DNA from: Eledone cirrhosa
Taxonomy: Eukaryota
Direction: 5' to 3'
DNA: 64,000 nucleotides
Assembly: GCA_964016885.1 (NCBI GenBank)
Contig: OZ024740.1
Coordinates: forward strand, 34,100,001-34,164,000
In this document: in pieces, positions 62,414-64,000 of the stretch
Numbering within the stretch: position 1 is the stretch's first letter
How the letters are laid out: each line of letters begins with the position of its first letter
Position numbers and translations under genes: made by a program
The notes under the pieces: generated by a model
Databases searched by the model: none
What the model was told of the DNA's origin: nothing
The model's input: only the letters and a program-made list of their open reading frames with translations

Positions 62414-62899
62414 CCACCACCAATCCCCACTACATACACATCTCATCTCAACCTCTCTATATATAAGCTCCTCTTTTCTCTTTCCAACTCCTACATATTC
62501 CCTTTCCATAATGGACGTCCACAGTCTCTATATAAAATCCGTCTTTATGTTCTCTTCCAGTTTTATTCTTCTCCATTCTTTCCCACCCTTTTCATTTCCT
62601 TTTATATATTGTGAAGGCGTGTGGTTGAGTGGTTAGAGAATTGTATTCACGATCTTGAGGTTGTGAGTTCGATTCCTGGACCGGGCGATGCGTTATGTCC
62701 TTGAGAAAGACACTTTATTTCACGTTGCTCCTTCTACCTGGAGTTGCGACCGATAGTTAGTATTAGCAATTGGAAAGACCAATGGAAACATTGTTTCATC
62801 GGTTCGATTTGACGAAAGTCGATCGTTCCTTTTTATATATTGTAGCGTTTTCATTTTTTGGAGATTTTTTTTGTGAAACATTCTTGTATGATAGAGCCA

Positions 62900-63488
62900 T
62901 GGATTGGCAGTATCGGTAGAGAGTCGGACACCATGCTTTCGAGCATAGTTACGTCCCTTTACGGTCTGAGTTCAAATCCCGTCATGGTTAACTTTGCCTT
63001 TCATCCTTACGGGGTCGATAAAATAAAGTACCAGTAATGTACTGGGTAATTGCTGGCCTTGTGCCAAAAGTAGAAACAATTATTCTCGTGCCCATTTCTA
63101 AATTCTCTGTTTTATTTGCGAGACTTAAGGAGAAAAGTCCGGCCCTTTATTTAGAATTTATTTTAGTTTTGTGGAGTTTTACACGAAGGAATTTTGGTAT
63201 TTTTTATGTATGATTCAAAGTACGCATCCCTCATAATTACTTTAGGCTGATACAGTTTTTACTCGTATTATTTGTCATTTTTAGGGCGGTGGAGTGTCGG
63301 ATACCATGCTTTGCAGCATAGAGTTACGGCCCTTTACGGTCTGAGTTCAAATCCCGTCGAGGTTAACTTTGCCTTTCATCCTTACGGAGTCGATAAAATA
63401 AAGCACCAGTAACATACTGGGGTCGATTTAATTGACTTCCTCTCCCCCCCAAATTACTGGCCTTGTGCCTAAACTAGAAATCATTATT
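62900..63488 (+). mobile_element. Two tRNA-SINE copies (~62900-63083 and ~63285-63488)
   Basis: Same core as 11412-11740. Confidence 0.85.
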
Positions 63489-63632
63489 TGTCCTTTTTGA
63501 GTGTGGTAGTGGTGAACCGGACGAAATTGGTCAGGTGTTGATATGAACCGAGTTCCAAGAGTAAGTTGATACGTAATATGGCATCAGCGAATGGAAGACA
63601 CCAAATAGGTGTTAAGCGTATTACTCATGCAG

Positions 63633-64000
63633 TCTTCTTCTTCTTCTTCTTCTTCTTCTTCTTCTTCTTCTTCTTCTTCTTCTTCTTCTTCTCCTCCTCC
63701 TCCTCCTCCTTCTTATTCTCCTCCTCCTCCTCCTTCTCCTCCTCCTCCTCCTCCTCCTCCTCCTCCTTCTCCTTCTTCTTCTTCTTCCCCCCCCCCCCTT
63801 CTCCTTCTTCTTCTCCCCCCCCCCCCCCCCCCCCCCCCCTCCTTCTTCTTCTCCCCCTTCTCCCCCTCCTCCGTCTCCTCCTCACCCCTTCTCCTCCTCC
63901 TTCTTCTTCTCCTCCTCCTCCTACTCCGTCTTCCCCCTCCTTCCCCTCTCCCCCCTTCTTCTTCTTCTTCTTCTTCTTCTTCTTCTTCTTCTTCTTCTTC
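63633..64000. repeat. (TTC)n/(TCC)n polypyrimidine tract
   Basis: Direct inspection. Confidence 0.97.

Overview
Repeat-dense, AT-rich eukaryotic (animal) DNA. The SINE families, (TA)n/(CA)n tracts and retroelement mix look like an octopus/cephalopod genome; this is inferred from pattern recognition, not a database search. No complete host gene is visible. There is one good candidate first coding exon (48324-48357) and one weak candidate terminal exon. Two large satellites with higher-order structure bracket the window: a 47-bp unit at 1-4375 and a 32/33-bp unit at 49590-60120. Between them lies a nest of transposons: (i) a decayed Transib/RAG1-core-like DDE transposon, missed by the ORF track, ending in CACAGTG heptamers with a 5-bp TSD and splitting an RTE LINE; (ii) a mariner relic; (iii) three Penelope-like retroelements; (iv) a Helitron; (v) an R4/Dong LINE with an intact ORF, a second Dong fragment and a near-full-length Tx1/L1 LINE, all in (TTA)n tracts; (vi) many tRNA-SINEs. 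The main non-coding signal is hammerhead-ribozyme motifs at about eight loci. Several sit directly beside, or inside, fold-back palindromes in ORF-less modules.
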